A stretch of DNA of 53,992 nt from positions 1,750 to 55,741 of the forward strand of contig JAABVD010000002.1 of assembly GCA_014529615.1 (NCBI GenBank), written 5' to 3'. Made by a program: the position numbers and the translations under genes. Positions 40,208 to 49,098 of this stretch are shown here, piece by piece; the stretch's first letter is position 1, and each line of letters opens with the position of its first letter. Under the pieces are notes generated by a model. It worked only from the letters and a program-made list of their open reading frames with translations. It had not been told where the DNA came from and did no database searches. This DNA is from Opitutia bacterium. Its GTDB lineage: Bacteria; Verrucomicrobiota; Verrucomicrobiia; Opitutales; UBA2995.

Positions 40208-41389
40208 ATGGCCTCAAAGAAAAACGCTCCCTATTGGTTTCAGGGTCAGGGAATCTGGTCCGACCTGCCGGAAGACTATTGGAATAACTGGGGATGGCAA
40301 TTGCGGAACCGCATTACCACCCTGCAACAATTGGAGTCCCATATGACCCTCACCGAACAGGAGAGGAAGGGATGCCAATTCGCCAATCAAAAACTCGCTC
40401 TGGCCATCACGCCCTACTTTTTCAACCTGATCGACCGGGAAGACGAGGACTGCCCCATACGCAAGCAGGTGATTCCCCGGGGCGACGAAATGACGGTGGC
40501 CCCCTGGGAGTCCGTGGATCCCCTGGGGGAAGACAGCCACCTGGTCGTGCCGGGTCTGGTCCACCGCTATCCCGACAGGGTGCTCTTCCTGGTTACCGAC
40601 CGCTGCGCCGCCTACTGCCGCTATTGCACCCGCAGCAGAATGGTCAGCAATAGCCAGGGATACGATTTCCATCCCAAGATCGAGGAGGCTTTCGATTACC
40701 TGGAATCCAACAAGAATATTCGCGACGTCCTGATCAGCGGCGGCGATCCCCTCCTGCTCTCCGATAACAAGATCGATCGCCTCCTGGGACGGCTTCAACA
40801 AATTGAGCACATTCAATTTATCCGGATCGGATCGAGAATTCCCGTTTTTCTTCCCCAAAGAATTACTCCGGCGCTTTGCCAGATTCTAATCAAGCATGAA
40901 CCTGTATGGATGAGCATACACGTCAATCATCCGCGCGAATGCACCTGGGAGTTGAAAGAGGCATGCGGCAGGCTGGCCAGGGCCGGTGTCCCCCTGGGAA
41001 ACCAATCGGTTTTACTTAAAGGGGTGAACGATGATATCGAGACCATGAAAGACCTGGTCCATCGGCTACTGCAAATGCGGGTCAGGCCCTACTACCTCTA
41101 CCAACTCGACAGCATTACCGGAAGCAGCCACTTCAAGGTGGATATTGAAAAGGGAATTGAAATAATTCGGGGTCTCCAGGGCCACACTTCCGGCTACGCT
41201 GTTCCACAGTACGTGATCGACGCGCCCAAGGGTGGTGGAAAAATTCCCATCAACCCCAATTACGTGGAGCGCGTCTCAAAAGATGAAATCGTCCTGAAGA
41301 ATTTTGAAGGAAAATTATTCCGTTATGCCACCGAAACCTCACCGGATTGCCAGCAACCCGACTCCTTTCCAGCCGAGTTGTTTGCCTGA
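40208..41389 (+). CDS. KamA-family radical SAM aminomutase (lysine 2,3-aminomutase-like)
   Basis: It has the CxxxCxxC cluster motif CAAYCRYCTRS and the motifs ISGGDPL, RIGSR and PYYLYQLD. The ATG at 40208 is chosen as the start. Confidence 0.88.
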   Translation: MASKKNAPYWFQGQGIWSDLPEDYWNNWGWQLRNRITTLQQLESHMTLTEQERKGCQFANQKLALAITPYFFNLIDREDEDCPIRKQVIPRGDEMTVAPWESVDPLGEDSHLVVPGLVHRYPDRVLFLVTDRCAAYCRYCTRSRMVSNSQGYDFHPKIEEAFDYLESNKNIRDVLISGGDPLLLSDNKIDRLLGRLQQIEHIQFIRIGSRIPVFLPQRITPALCQILIKHEPVWMSIHVNHPRECTWELKEACGRLARAGVPLGNQSVLLKGVNDDIETMKDLVHRLLQMRVRPYYLYQLDSITGSSHFKVDIEKGIEIIRGLQGHTSGYAVPQYVIDAPKGGGKIPINPNYVERVSKDEIVLKNFEGKLFRYATETSPDCQQPDSFPAELFA

Positions 41390-41395
41390 TTGGTC

Positions 41396-41536
41396 CCTCG
41401 CCCGCATATCTCACAACTCTTCTACTGCGCTCCGGAATCCCGGCACTGGTGCGGACTTCGTTGGATTCGCGACTTTGCAGGGTGTCGACCCAGCTTCTCG
41501 TGACGAATTTTGTGAGAAATGCGGACTAGCCCGCAG
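41396..41536. repeat. TIR-bounded interspersed element, copy 2
   Basis: It begins 7 nt after the kamA-family stop codon. Its ends are GCCCGCATATCTCACAA and TTGTGAGAAATGCGGAC, inverted with 15/17 pairing. The core is nearly identical to 6385-6470. Confidence 0.75.
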
Positions 41537-41554
41537 GGCAGTATGGAGGGGAAA

Positions 41555-41634
41555 GGGAGTGGTGGAGTGATGGGGAGAATTGGGAATTAGGGGAAAGAGA
41601 TCACGATCAGGATCACGATCACGATCAAGATAAC
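41555..41634. repeat. Intergenic module mosaic R5 (A-C-D)
   Basis: The sequence reads GGAGTGGTGGAGTGATGGGG, then GAGAATTGGGAATTAGG. A (GATCAN)5 array follows with GATC at 41599, 41605, 41611, 41617 and 41623. Confidence 0.85.
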
Positions 41635-41737
41635 GGGAATGATTACGGGGGTGTAAAGGGTAACCGGAACTTGGCAGGGGATTGACCAGAGCAATCTTTA
41701 GTGGATATTTTGCATTTGGAATGCAAAATATGGAGTC

Positions 41738-42961
41738 ATGAATTCACTTTATATCCATCGCTCTCTGGAATCGGTCCTCATAAAGGCGACATCCGAGTTT
41801 CCCGCCGTGATCCTGACTGGACCGCGGCAATCAGGCAAGACGACTCTGCTGAAATATCTTTTCCAAAAGCGTTTCAGCTATATATCTTTGGAGTTGCCGG
41901 ATGTTCGCGCGGCCGCAGCGGAGGACCCGCGCGGATTCTTGAAGCATTACCCCCCGCCAGCCATTTTCGATGAGGTGCAGTACGCCCCCGAGCTGCTTCC
42001 CTATATCAAGGAAATAATCGATCAGGACCGAGGCAGAAGCGGTCAATACCTGTTGACCGGCTCGCAGAATCTGTTGCTGGCGGAGAAGGTGACCGAGTCT
42101 TTGGCCGGACGCGCGGCCATCCTGCGCCTGTTACCGCTTTCGAAGCGTGAGGCGGAGGGACGGCCAAGTATCGATCTCGCTTGGGAAGGCAACTTCCGGG
42201 CCTCATCGCCAACCTCATTTTCTTTTGACAAACTGTGGAGGAACTTCCTTCGAGGCGGCTACCCGGAGCTTGCAACCCAACCCAACCGGAACATCTCCCT
42301 ATGGCATGCGAGTTACATCCAGACCTACCTGGAACGTGATGTGCGGACGCTTCGGCAGGTCGGCGACCTTACTCAGTATCAGAATTTCCTTCGTTTGCTG
42401 GCAGCCCGAAGTTCTCAGCTTTTCAACCTGACAGAAGTCGCCCGGACCCTCGGGGTTGCGGTCAACACGGTTAAAGCCTGGCTTTCCGTGCTTGAGGCCA
42501 CCTATCAGGTAATTGTGCTGCGCCCCTACTTCGCCAACGTCGGGAAGCGACTGGTAAAGACCCCGAAAGTGTATTTTACCGATACTGGCACACTTTGCTA
42601 CCTGGCGGGTCTCAAGGACCCCGAACATGCTGCATCCGGTCCCATGGGTGGCGCTATTATGGAAACAGCTGTGCTCTCGGAAATTCTCAGGACATTGACA
42701 CATCGGGGGATGGACCCGCAAATCTACTTTTGGCGGACCACGGCGGGAACGGAGGTCGATTTTGTGGTCGAGACCTCGGGTGGGTTGGTCCCCATCGAGG
42801 TCAAGCTGTCCGCCACACCGCGACCAGCCATGGCTGCAGCCATCAAGACATTTCAAGGTGACATGGGAAGCAAAGCAATGGCCGGATACGTGGTGCATCC
42901 CGGTGATATAGGCCTGCCCCTGGGTCCCAGCGTTACCGCACTGCCTTTCGCCAACCTTTGA
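41738..42961 (+). CDS. AAA-type ATPase with C-terminal DUF4143-like domain
   Basis: Walker A is GPRQSGKTTLL and Walker B is AIFDEVQY. The length and layout are typical of the AAA_14/DUF4143 family. Confidence 0.8.
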   Translation: MNSLYIHRSLESVLIKATSEFPAVILTGPRQSGKTTLLKYLFQKRFSYISLELPDVRAAAAEDPRGFLKHYPPPAIFDEVQYAPELLPYIKEIIDQDRGRSGQYLLTGSQNLLLAEKVTESLAGRAAILRLLPLSKREAEGRPSIDLAWEGNFRASSPTSFSFDKLWRNFLRGGYPELATQPNRNISLWHASYIQTYLERDVRTLRQVGDLTQYQNFLRLLAARSSQLFNLTEVARTLGVAVNTVKAWLSVLEATYQVIVLRPYFANVGKRLVKTPKVYFTDTGTLCYLAGLKDPEHAASGPMGGAIMETAVLSEILRTLTHRGMDPQIYFWRTTAGTEVDFVVETSGGLVPIEVKLSATPRPAMAAAIKTFQGDMGSKAMAGYVVHPGDIGLPLGPSVTALPFANL

Positions 42962-43085
42962 GGTTTGGCCCCCTTCGGATCCTCAAAAAGGAAATTGTTG
43001 AAAAAGGGTGGATTCGCAGCCAGCTTGGTAATTCAACCAAGGTATTGAGGAAGAAAGCCTTGGATCTCATCGCCTACCTGCCCCA

Positions 43086-44351
43086 ATGATATCCACCAAC
43101 CTGGAATTTTTTTCTGCTATCGAGGTCCAGGAAAAGGACCAGACCACCCATGATTTCGTATCATGGATTGAAAATTTCAATGCGTTTGGCACATCGACCC
43201 GGACCTACCGCATCCACGTGGGAAAACAACCGGTCCCCGTCTACGTCAACGAATTCTGGACTTCAAAGCAACGGGCGGCACACAGCCTGCACGAAGTTTC
43301 CTATCGGGCCTGCTTCAAGCCGCAGTTGCCCAGGTTTTTCATAGACCGGTTGACCACTGAAGGAGATACTGTCCTGGACCCTTTCATGGGCCGAGGCACC
43401 ACCCTGATCGAGTCGGTTCTAAGAAATCGTTTTGCCGCAGGTTGCGACGTAAATCCTCTCAGCAGAATAATTTGCGGCCCGAGATTAAACCCGCCTGGCA
43501 TGTCCCTGATTGCTTCCCGTCTGAATAAATTGAATTGGGACTTCAATGGGGAGGTCCCCGAGACATTGAAAGTCTTCTACCATACGGAAACGCTCCGGGA
43601 ACTGTGCGCTCTTCGCAGTTATTTTCATAAGAAGGGAAACGAGGCGGATGCCACCGACAATTGGATTCGGATGGTCGCCACCAATCGCTTGACGGGCCAT
43701 TCAAAAGGTTTCTTTTCCGTTTATACCCTCCCTCCCAATCAAGCTGTATCAGCAGAAAGGCAGCGACAAATCAACGCCAAGCGGGACCAGGTTCCCGACT
43801 ATCGAAACGTCGAAGAACTCATCTTGAAAAAGAGCAAGTCACTCCTGAGGGACATATCGCTTGGGGATCTGGGCCGATTTTCAACTTACGGCAGAAAGAG
43901 CAAAATCGTCATAGGATCCGCCCAGGAAGTGGAGGGAATCGGGCGGGGGTCCGTTTCACTGGTGGTAACGTCTCCCCCATTTCTCGATGTGGTCGATTAC
44001 GCCCGGGACAACTGGCTGAGGTGCTGGTTCAACCACATAGATCCCGGCGCTATTCCAATCTGGATTTTGAGGAATATCGAGGCCTGGAGCAACGCCATGA
44101 CACAGGCATTCAGACGGATGTTCGTCTTACTGAAAAAGGGGGGATACGTCGCCTTCGAAGTGGGAGAAGTGCGCAATGGAAAAGTCAACCTCGAGGACCA
44201 CGTAATCCCAGCGGCGGAGCGGGCGGGATTGATCCCGATATTGGTGCTCATAAATGATCAGGCCTTTACCAAGACCTCAAATTGCTGGGGAGTATCCAAT
44301 CTGAAGAAAGGAACCAACACCAACCGCTTCGTCCTCCTGAAAAAACCTTAA
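43086..44351 (+). CDS. SAM-dependent DNA (N4-C or N6-A) methyltransferase; no restriction partner visible
   Basis: YRACFKPQLP...DPFMGRGTT (the SAM-binding region) is at aa 72-106 and the catalytic-type motif TSPPF at aa 295-299. No nuclease-like ORF is adjacent. Confidence 0.7.
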   Translation: MISTNLEFFSAIEVQEKDQTTHDFVSWIENFNAFGTSTRTYRIHVGKQPVPVYVNEFWTSKQRAAHSLHEVSYRACFKPQLPRFFIDRLTTEGDTVLDPFMGRGTTLIESVLRNRFAAGCDVNPLSRIICGPRLNPPGMSLIASRLNKLNWDFNGEVPETLKVFYHTETLRELCALRSYFHKKGNEADATDNWIRMVATNRLTGHSKGFFSVYTLPPNQAVSAERQRQINAKRDQVPDYRNVEELILKKSKSLLRDISLGDLGRFSTYGRKSKIVIGSAQEVEGIGRGSVSLVVTSPPFLDVVDYARDNWLRCWFNHIDPGAIPIWILRNIEAWSNAMTQAFRRMFVLLKKGGYVAFEVGEVRNGKVNLEDHVIPAAERAGLIPILVLINDQAFTKTSNCWGVSNLKKGTNTNRFVLLKKP

Positions 44352-44361
44352 AGGTGGGGGG

Positions 44362-44612
44362 GAGCGCCCAAGGGCGCGAGGAGAAGGGTGGAGTGATGGA
44401 ATGAGGGAGTGTTGGAATGATGGAGAGAGAGGAGAGAGATCACGATCAGGATCACGATCAAGATCAAGATTGAGGGTCAACCGTGTAACCCGTGGTTATT
44501 CCCTTTCCCCTCTCTTCCTGTGCCCTTGGACGCTTCCCCACTTTGTGCCTCTGTGCCTTTGTGCCTCTGTGCCTTTCTCCCCCCTAATTCCTAATTCGCG
44601 CCCTTGGGCGCT
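44362..44612. repeat. Intergenic module mosaic R6 (B-A-D-...-L-C'-B')
   Basis: GCGCCCAAGGGCGC at 44364-44377 and its complement GCGCCCTTGGGCGC at 44598-44611 bracket the element. Inside are GGAGTGATGG octamers and a (GATCAN)5 array (GATC at 44438-44462 in 6-nt steps). GTGCCTCT/GTGCCTTT octamers lie at ~44545-44575, followed by CCTAATT repeats. Confidence 0.85.
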
Positions 44613-44619
44613 TTCCCCA

Positions 44620-45642
44620 TCAGAGCAGGTAGTTCACAGCGAGGAAGACCAGGTATATCCCGAGCAGCGATGCTCCCACCCATCGTTGCAAGCTGTCCTT
44701 TCCCAGAAAAATCCCGATCCTGAACACCACCAGCACCAGCAGCATAACCGGGAAGTGGACGCTGAAAAAATCGGTGGGCACCGAAAGACCGCCGCGCGTA
44801 ACGGCAGCAGCGCTACCCGCTACGAACAGCACGTTGAGAATATCCGCCCCGATCACATTGCCGATGGCCAAACCACCCTGGCCTTTGCGGATGGAGGTCA
44901 AAACCGTAGCCAATTCCGGAAGTGAAGTTCCAAAAGCCACCAGCGAGGCCGCGATGACACTTTGGGGAACGCGAAGTCGATGAGCCAGCTCCTCAGCACA
45001 GGAAATCAATATTTTGGAGGAGAGAAAGATCAGTCCAACGGCAAAAGCCATCAGGAGGAGATCTTGGATCAGCACACCCAAAATTTCCTTCGATTCACCT
45101 TCCGGTTTCTGCGCCTCTGCCGCCGCAATGCCGAACCGATAACTCCAATAGAAATATACCACCAACAAAACCACCAGGATCACTCCGGCCCACTGGGGCA
45201 GGTTTCCACCTCTTGCAAAAATCGAATTCAGGTGCGAATAGGGCAGGCAAAACAGGACCAGAAGGAGACCGGCTCCGACTTGAATCCACCCTTGCCGGTT
45301 TACAATTCTGCGGTCCAGGGGCAAGGGGGCGACGAGAGCTCCCAGTCCCAAAATGAGCCCGGTGTCACAAATAATGGATCCCACAGCGTTCCCCAGGGCC
45401 AAACCGGGGTTGCCGTTCAGCGCGGCCAGGACCGATACGGAGGCCTCCGGCAAGGTCGTACCCAAACTGACAATGGTCGCTCCGATCAGCATGCTGGGAA
45501 TCCCGAGGGACTGCGATATTTCAACCGCCTTGCCCACAAAAAGGTCCGCGGCCCTGGCCAAAACAAAAACGAGTCCAGCCAATACGATGAACAGGACAAT
45601 GGTCGACTGACCGCCGAAAAACTCCTCCATAGCGCTCTCCAT
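44620..45642 (-). CDS. CaCA-family sodium/calcium antiporter (YrbG-like)
   Basis: Two alpha-repeat signatures are present, GNAVGSIICDTGLILG and GNVIGADILNVLFV. The protein is a 10-TM-like hydrophobic profile. Confidence 0.85.
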   Translation of the reverse strand: MESAMEEFFGGQSTIVLFIVLAGLVFVLARAADLFVGKAVEISQSLGIPSMLIGATIVSLGTTLPEASVSVLAALNGNPGLALGNAVGSIICDTGLILGLGALVAPLPLDRRIVNRQGWIQVGAGLLLVLFCLPYSHLNSIFARGGNLPQWAGVILVVLLVVYFYWSYRFGIAAAEAQKPEGESKEILGVLIQDLLLMAFAVGLIFLSSKILISCAEELAHRLRVPQSVIAASLVAFGTSLPELATVLTSIRKGQGGLAIGNVIGADILNVLFVAGSAAAVTRGGLSVPTDFFSVHFPVMLLVLVVFRIGIFLGKDSLQRWVGASLLGIYLVFLAVNYLL

Positions 45643-45697
45643 TAAAAGCCCAGAAACCTACAGTTTTCCGGCCCTTTGCAAAGGGGAAAAAGCGTAA

Positions 45698-46035
45698 GGC
45701 GCGCTGGGGGCGCCTTGCGCCTCTCCCCAATCGGGGGATAAACCCCCTCCTACAGCTAAAAACCACCATTCTTCAGCCATTTTTTCGATCACGATCACGA
45801 TCAAGATCAAGATCAAGATCAGGATTGAGAGCCAACCTGTCCTGCCGTGGAAAGAAATCAGTGGCTAGGGGTTAGTGGCGAGAAATAAAGGAGGGCGGAC
45901 ACTCACTGTCTGCGTGCGGTAACCCACAGGTAGGCTGTCCTCCATTGCCCTTCTCCCCCATTCCTAATTCCTAATTCCTAATTCGCGCCCGTGGGCGCCT
46001 TCATCTGTGGTTATTCTTCTCTCTCTCAGCAACTC
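45698..46035. repeat. Intergenic module mosaic R7 (B-G half-D-unique ~125 nt-C'-B'-K-E')
   Basis: GGCGCGCTGGGGGCGCC is at 45698-45714 and ATCGGGGGATAAACCCCCTCCTACAG at ~45731-45756. A (GATCAN)6 array has GATC at 45787-45817. CCTAATT x3 is at 45961-45982, GCGCCCGTGGGCGCC at ~45985-45999 and CTGTGGTTATTCTTCTCTCTCTCAGCAACTCC at 46004-46035. The last ~75 nt are also the 3' end of the SRAP gene. Confidence 0.85.
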
Positions 46036-46683
46036 CGGATCATCGTTGCGGACGCTGTTCACCCTAGCGCTGACCACACGTTGCTCGAAGGGTCCCGCAT
46101 GGGAACTGCGCACCAGGTCGAGCAGTCGGGGCGTCGGGGACGCCGGATCGAGCCAATCATCAAATTGGTTCGGATCGAGGATGGCCGGTTGTCGATGGTG
46201 TATGTGGACCAGTTCGGCCGAGGCTTTAGTGGTAATTATGGTGAAAGATTCCAGAACTTCCCCACTCTTCTCCCAGCGCTCCCACAGTGCGGCAAAAGAC
46301 AGAGGAGATCGGCCCGCAAGTCTGAGGAAATAGGGCTGCTTGACGCCCCCGGCACGTTTCCACTCGAACCAACCATCCGCCGGCACCAGGCACCGACGGG
46401 AGCGGAAGGCAGCGCGGAACGAAGGTTTTTGGTGAACGGTCTCCGACCTTGCATTGATGATGCGAGAGGCGCTTCCGAGGTCCTTGGCCCAATAGGGAAC
46501 CAATCCCCACCTCAGCAGGCCCACCACGCGGTTCCCCTTCTCATCGAGCCGGCAGGCCGCGAAGTCCTGTCCCGGGGCGCCGTTGTAGCGGGCCTGGACC
46601 TTGGGAGGGGGTTCAGGTTCCTTGGAGCTATAGAGATCGTGAATCTCACGCCAAGTCAGTTTTTGTGTGAAACGGCCGCACAT
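45964..46683 (-). CDS. SOS response-associated peptidase (SRAP/YedK family), abasic-site processing protein
   Basis: It has the N-terminal catalytic MCGRF and the motifs RYNGAPGQ, WGLVPYW, INARSETV and LVPADGWFEWK. The C-terminal ~24 aa (ELLRERRITTDEGAHGRELGIRN) are encoded by repeat modules. Confidence 0.9.
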   Translation of the reverse strand: MCGRFTQKLTWREIHDLYSSKEPEPPPKVQARYNGAPGQDFAACRLDEKGNRVVGLLRWGLVPYWAKDLGSASRIINARSETVHQKPSFRAAFRSRRCLVPADGWFEWKRAGGVKQPYFLRLAGRSPLSFAALWERWEKSGEVLESFTIITTKASAELVHIHHRQPAILDPNQFDDWLDPASPTPRLLDLVRSSHAGPFEQRVVSARVNSVRNDDPELLRERRITTDEGAHGRELGIRN

Positions 46684-46725
46684 GTGTCACTTGGTTAGTT
46701 GACCATTTAAAATTAAACAGGATGG

Positions 46726-46957
46726 GGAGGCGCGCTGGGGCGCGCCCCTTTGCGTCCATCGCGAGCTTTGCGAGAGTCTATTCCATAATTCTGTGCATCC
46801 TGTGCATCCATGTTCCATTCCTAATTCTTAATTCGCGCCCCTGGGCGCCTTCCCATCCGTGTTCATCCGTAGATTCCGTGGTTTCTCTCCCATCCAATTT
46901 TCCCTTCTCCCTCTCTGTGCTCTCTGGGTCCTCTGTGGTTATTCTTCTCCCTCTCAG
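46726..46957. repeat. Intergenic module mosaic R8 (B-J-I-C'-B'-H-K)
   Basis: GGCGCGCTGGGGCGCGCC is at 46729-46746, J/I (CCTTTGCGT...GCGAGAGTCTATTCCATAATTCTGTGCATCCTGTGCATCCATGTT) at ~46747-46813 and CCTAATT repeats at ~46819-46832. GCGCCCCTGGGCGCC is at ~46834-46848, CCATCCGTGTTCATCCGTAGATTCCGTGG at ~46853-46881 and CTCTGTGCTCTCTGGGTCCTCTGTGGTTATTCTTCTCCCTCTCAG at ~46913-46957. Confidence 0.85.
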
Positions 46958-46967
46958 GGTCGACCCG

Positions 46968-47390
46968 TTAGCCGAAGATCTTCTTATCGGCTGAGAAACG
47001 CCCTGGACCGGCCGCAAGGAAGACCATGCAAAGGCACAAATAGATGGCGGCAAGTTCGTAGGAACCGCCTGCCTTGGAGACGAAGGGATCGCCCATAATA
47101 ATGGCGTGCATGTACACGGCCACCAACATGGTGGAGGCGATACCCAAGGAGGACAGGGGCACCAACAAACCAAAGACCAAGCAGAGCCCGCCACCGAATT
47201 CGGAGAGGGCGGCCAGGGCTTGCAAGGCTCCGGGAGCGAAAGCGTCCGGCCCCATCCAACCAAAGGGGTTCTGAATCTTGGGCCAGCCATGGTAGACGAA
47301 AGCCAAGCCGGCCACTACCCTCATCACGAGGAGCGCGCCGTCTGTACATAGGTTATGGTTGGTGACGATAAAACATTTTTTTAACTTCAT
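46968..47390 (-). CDS. DoxX-family membrane protein
   Basis: LLVMRVVAGLAFVYHGWPKI and four hydrophobic segments are present. The ATG at 47390 is chosen as the start. Confidence 0.75.
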   Translation of the reverse strand: MKLKKCFIVTNHNLCTDGALLVMRVVAGLAFVYHGWPKIQNPFGWMGPDAFAPGALQALAALSEFGGGLCLVFGLLVPLSSLGIASTMLVAVYMHAIIMGDPFVSKAGGSYELAAIYLCLCMVFLAAGPGRFSADKKIFG

Positions 47391-47738
47391 GGGCAACAGC
47401 TTTACAATGGGTTGACAGATGGTGGATGCGTCCTTCCGACGTATCCCAGGATCGATAATAGGCTGTGCAATTGCCCTGCCCTCTAGCAAGTGGTTTCTTT
47501 GCGCATTTTCCGCAGGTAAATGCTGCAGAAAGAAGTCTTTCCCTTTTGTTGGTTGTGCTTCAGGCCGACCTCACGGTGGGAAAGGCCAAGATCAGCTTCT
47601 CGGACGATGCGGGGAATGCCGCAAACAAGATTTCCCTTGGAATTGATGGGGAAAACCGCTTTACGCTTTTACCAAATGGGAGAGGGTTATACTTTGGGAG
47701 GCAAAACAAGACTTCCACAATCTCACCTAAAGGCCGTC

Positions 47739-49058
47739 ATGGTTAAAATCCGTATCATTCTTCTGCTTTTTTCCGCCGCCACGGTTTATGCCAACGAATA
47801 TCACCGTGCCGCGGTGGACCGCGCTCCCCAAAAAATTCCCGATCGGATTGTCCTCAACTGGTCGGGAGATCCCGCCACCACGGCCTCGGTGACATGGCGC
47901 ACCGATGCGAGCATCACAACAGCCGAAGGTCAGATTGCAGAAGCCGACGCCTCACCCAACTTCATCACATGGGCCAGAGGGGAAGAGGCGCGCACCGAAA
48001 AATGGAAACGCTCTGGAAACGTGGCCCATTTCCATTCGGTCACCTTCACCGGTCTAAAACCGGACACCCTCTATGCCTATCGGGTGGGCAGCGGCGATAT
48101 CTGGAGTTCCTGGTATCAGTTTCGCACGGCCTCTGCCAAACCGGACGATTTCACCTTCATCTACCTCGGCGATTCCCAAAACAATCTGCTCGCCCTTTGG
48201 TCCCGCACCATCCGGACCGCAGTTTTGGACGCGCCCCATACCGATTTCCTCCTCTACGCGGGGGACCTCGTCAATCACGCCAATATGGATAGCGAGTGGC
48301 ACGAATGGTTTGAGGCCGGGGGCTGGATCCATGCAAAGATCCCCAGCATTCCTTCCCCGGGGAATCACGAGTACGAAAACGATCCGGATACGGACGAACG
48401 CCGCCTCTCCACTCTATGGCGTCCGCATTTCACCCTGCCCGAAAATGGCCCCGAAGGCTTGGCCGAAACCACCTATTTCACAGACTATCAAGGCGCTCGC
48501 ATCATATCGCTCAATTCCTGTGAACGGCATCTGGAACAGGCAGCCTGGTTGGAAAAAACGCTCCAGGACAACCCCAATAAATGGACCATTATCACCTTCC
48601 ACCATCCGGTCTTTTCGGCCTCGGAAGGCCGCGATAACGCAGACCAACGCAAAGCGTGGAAACCGATTTTCGACAAATATGCGGTGGACCTGGTGCTGCA
48701 AGGGCACGACCATACCTATGCCAGGGGAAACAACATCGGGAGCGGTGTGAGCGTGCGGGATGCGACCATGGGCACGGTCTACGTAGTATCGGTGAGCGGC
48801 CCCAAGCAATACAAACTGGGACAAACCCGCTGGATGACCCGAGTCGGGGAAAATACCCAGCTCTATGAAGTCATCACCGTCTCAGGAGATACCATTCCCT
48901 ACCGCGCCATGACGGCTGTGGGCGTACTCTACGATGCTTTCGAACTGGTAAAACAGATGGGCAAACCCAACAAACTGATCGAGCGCGCCTCTCCATCCCC
49001 CGAACGCCGATGGGAAAATACCCTGAAAAAGAAGGACGAGGATGCCACGGTGTTTTAA
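47739..49058 (+). CDS. Secreted calcineurin-like metallophosphoesterase (purple acid phosphatase-like)
   Basis: The signal peptide is MVKIRIILLLFSAATVYA, followed by an Fn3-like N-domain (ASVTWRTD). Metal ligands are GDSQNN, GDLVNHAN, GNHEY, HHPVFS and GHDHTYAR. Confidence 0.85.
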   Translation: MVKIRIILLLFSAATVYANEYHRAAVDRAPQKIPDRIVLNWSGDPATTASVTWRTDASITTAEGQIAEADASPNFITWARGEEARTEKWKRSGNVAHFHSVTFTGLKPDTLYAYRVGSGDIWSSWYQFRTASAKPDDFTFIYLGDSQNNLLALWSRTIRTAVLDAPHTDFLLYAGDLVNHANMDSEWHEWFEAGGWIHAKIPSIPSPGNHEYENDPDTDERRLSTLWRPHFTLPENGPEGLAETTYFTDYQGARIISLNSCERHLEQAAWLEKTLQDNPNKWTIITFHHPVFSASEGRDNADQRKAWKPIFDKYAVDLVLQGHDHTYARGNNIGSGVSVRDATMGTVYVVSVSGPKQYKLGQTRWMTRVGENTQLYEVITVSGDTIPYRAMTAVGVLYDAFELVKQMGKPNKLIERASPSPERRWENTLKKKDEDATVF

Positions 49059-49098
49059 GAAAGGATTTGAACACACCAGACTTCAACACCATCGCCCC

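Noticed and set aside
45830-45955. Possible small RNA or riboswitch upstream of the CaCA antiporter (the unique ~125 nt inside R7, with a GGAGG..GGACA / TGTCC.TCC pairing)
   Set aside because: Only a weak, interrupted stem can be drawn. I recognise no similarity to the yybP-ykoY motif or any other motif, and there is a single copy, so there is no covariation evidence.
41540-46967. Integron-like cassette array, with mosaics acting as attC sites
   Set aside because: No integrase or attI is present. Gene orientations are mixed. The mosaics are far longer and compositionally different from attC imperfect palindromes.
47465-47746. 93-aa ORF upstream of the metallophosphoesterase, with a beta-strand-like segment (LTVGKAKISFSDDAGNAANKISLGIDGENRF)
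   Set aside because: It has no recognisable family motif and no obvious ribosome-binding context. It overlaps the phosphoesterase start region, so evidence for a gene call is insufficient.
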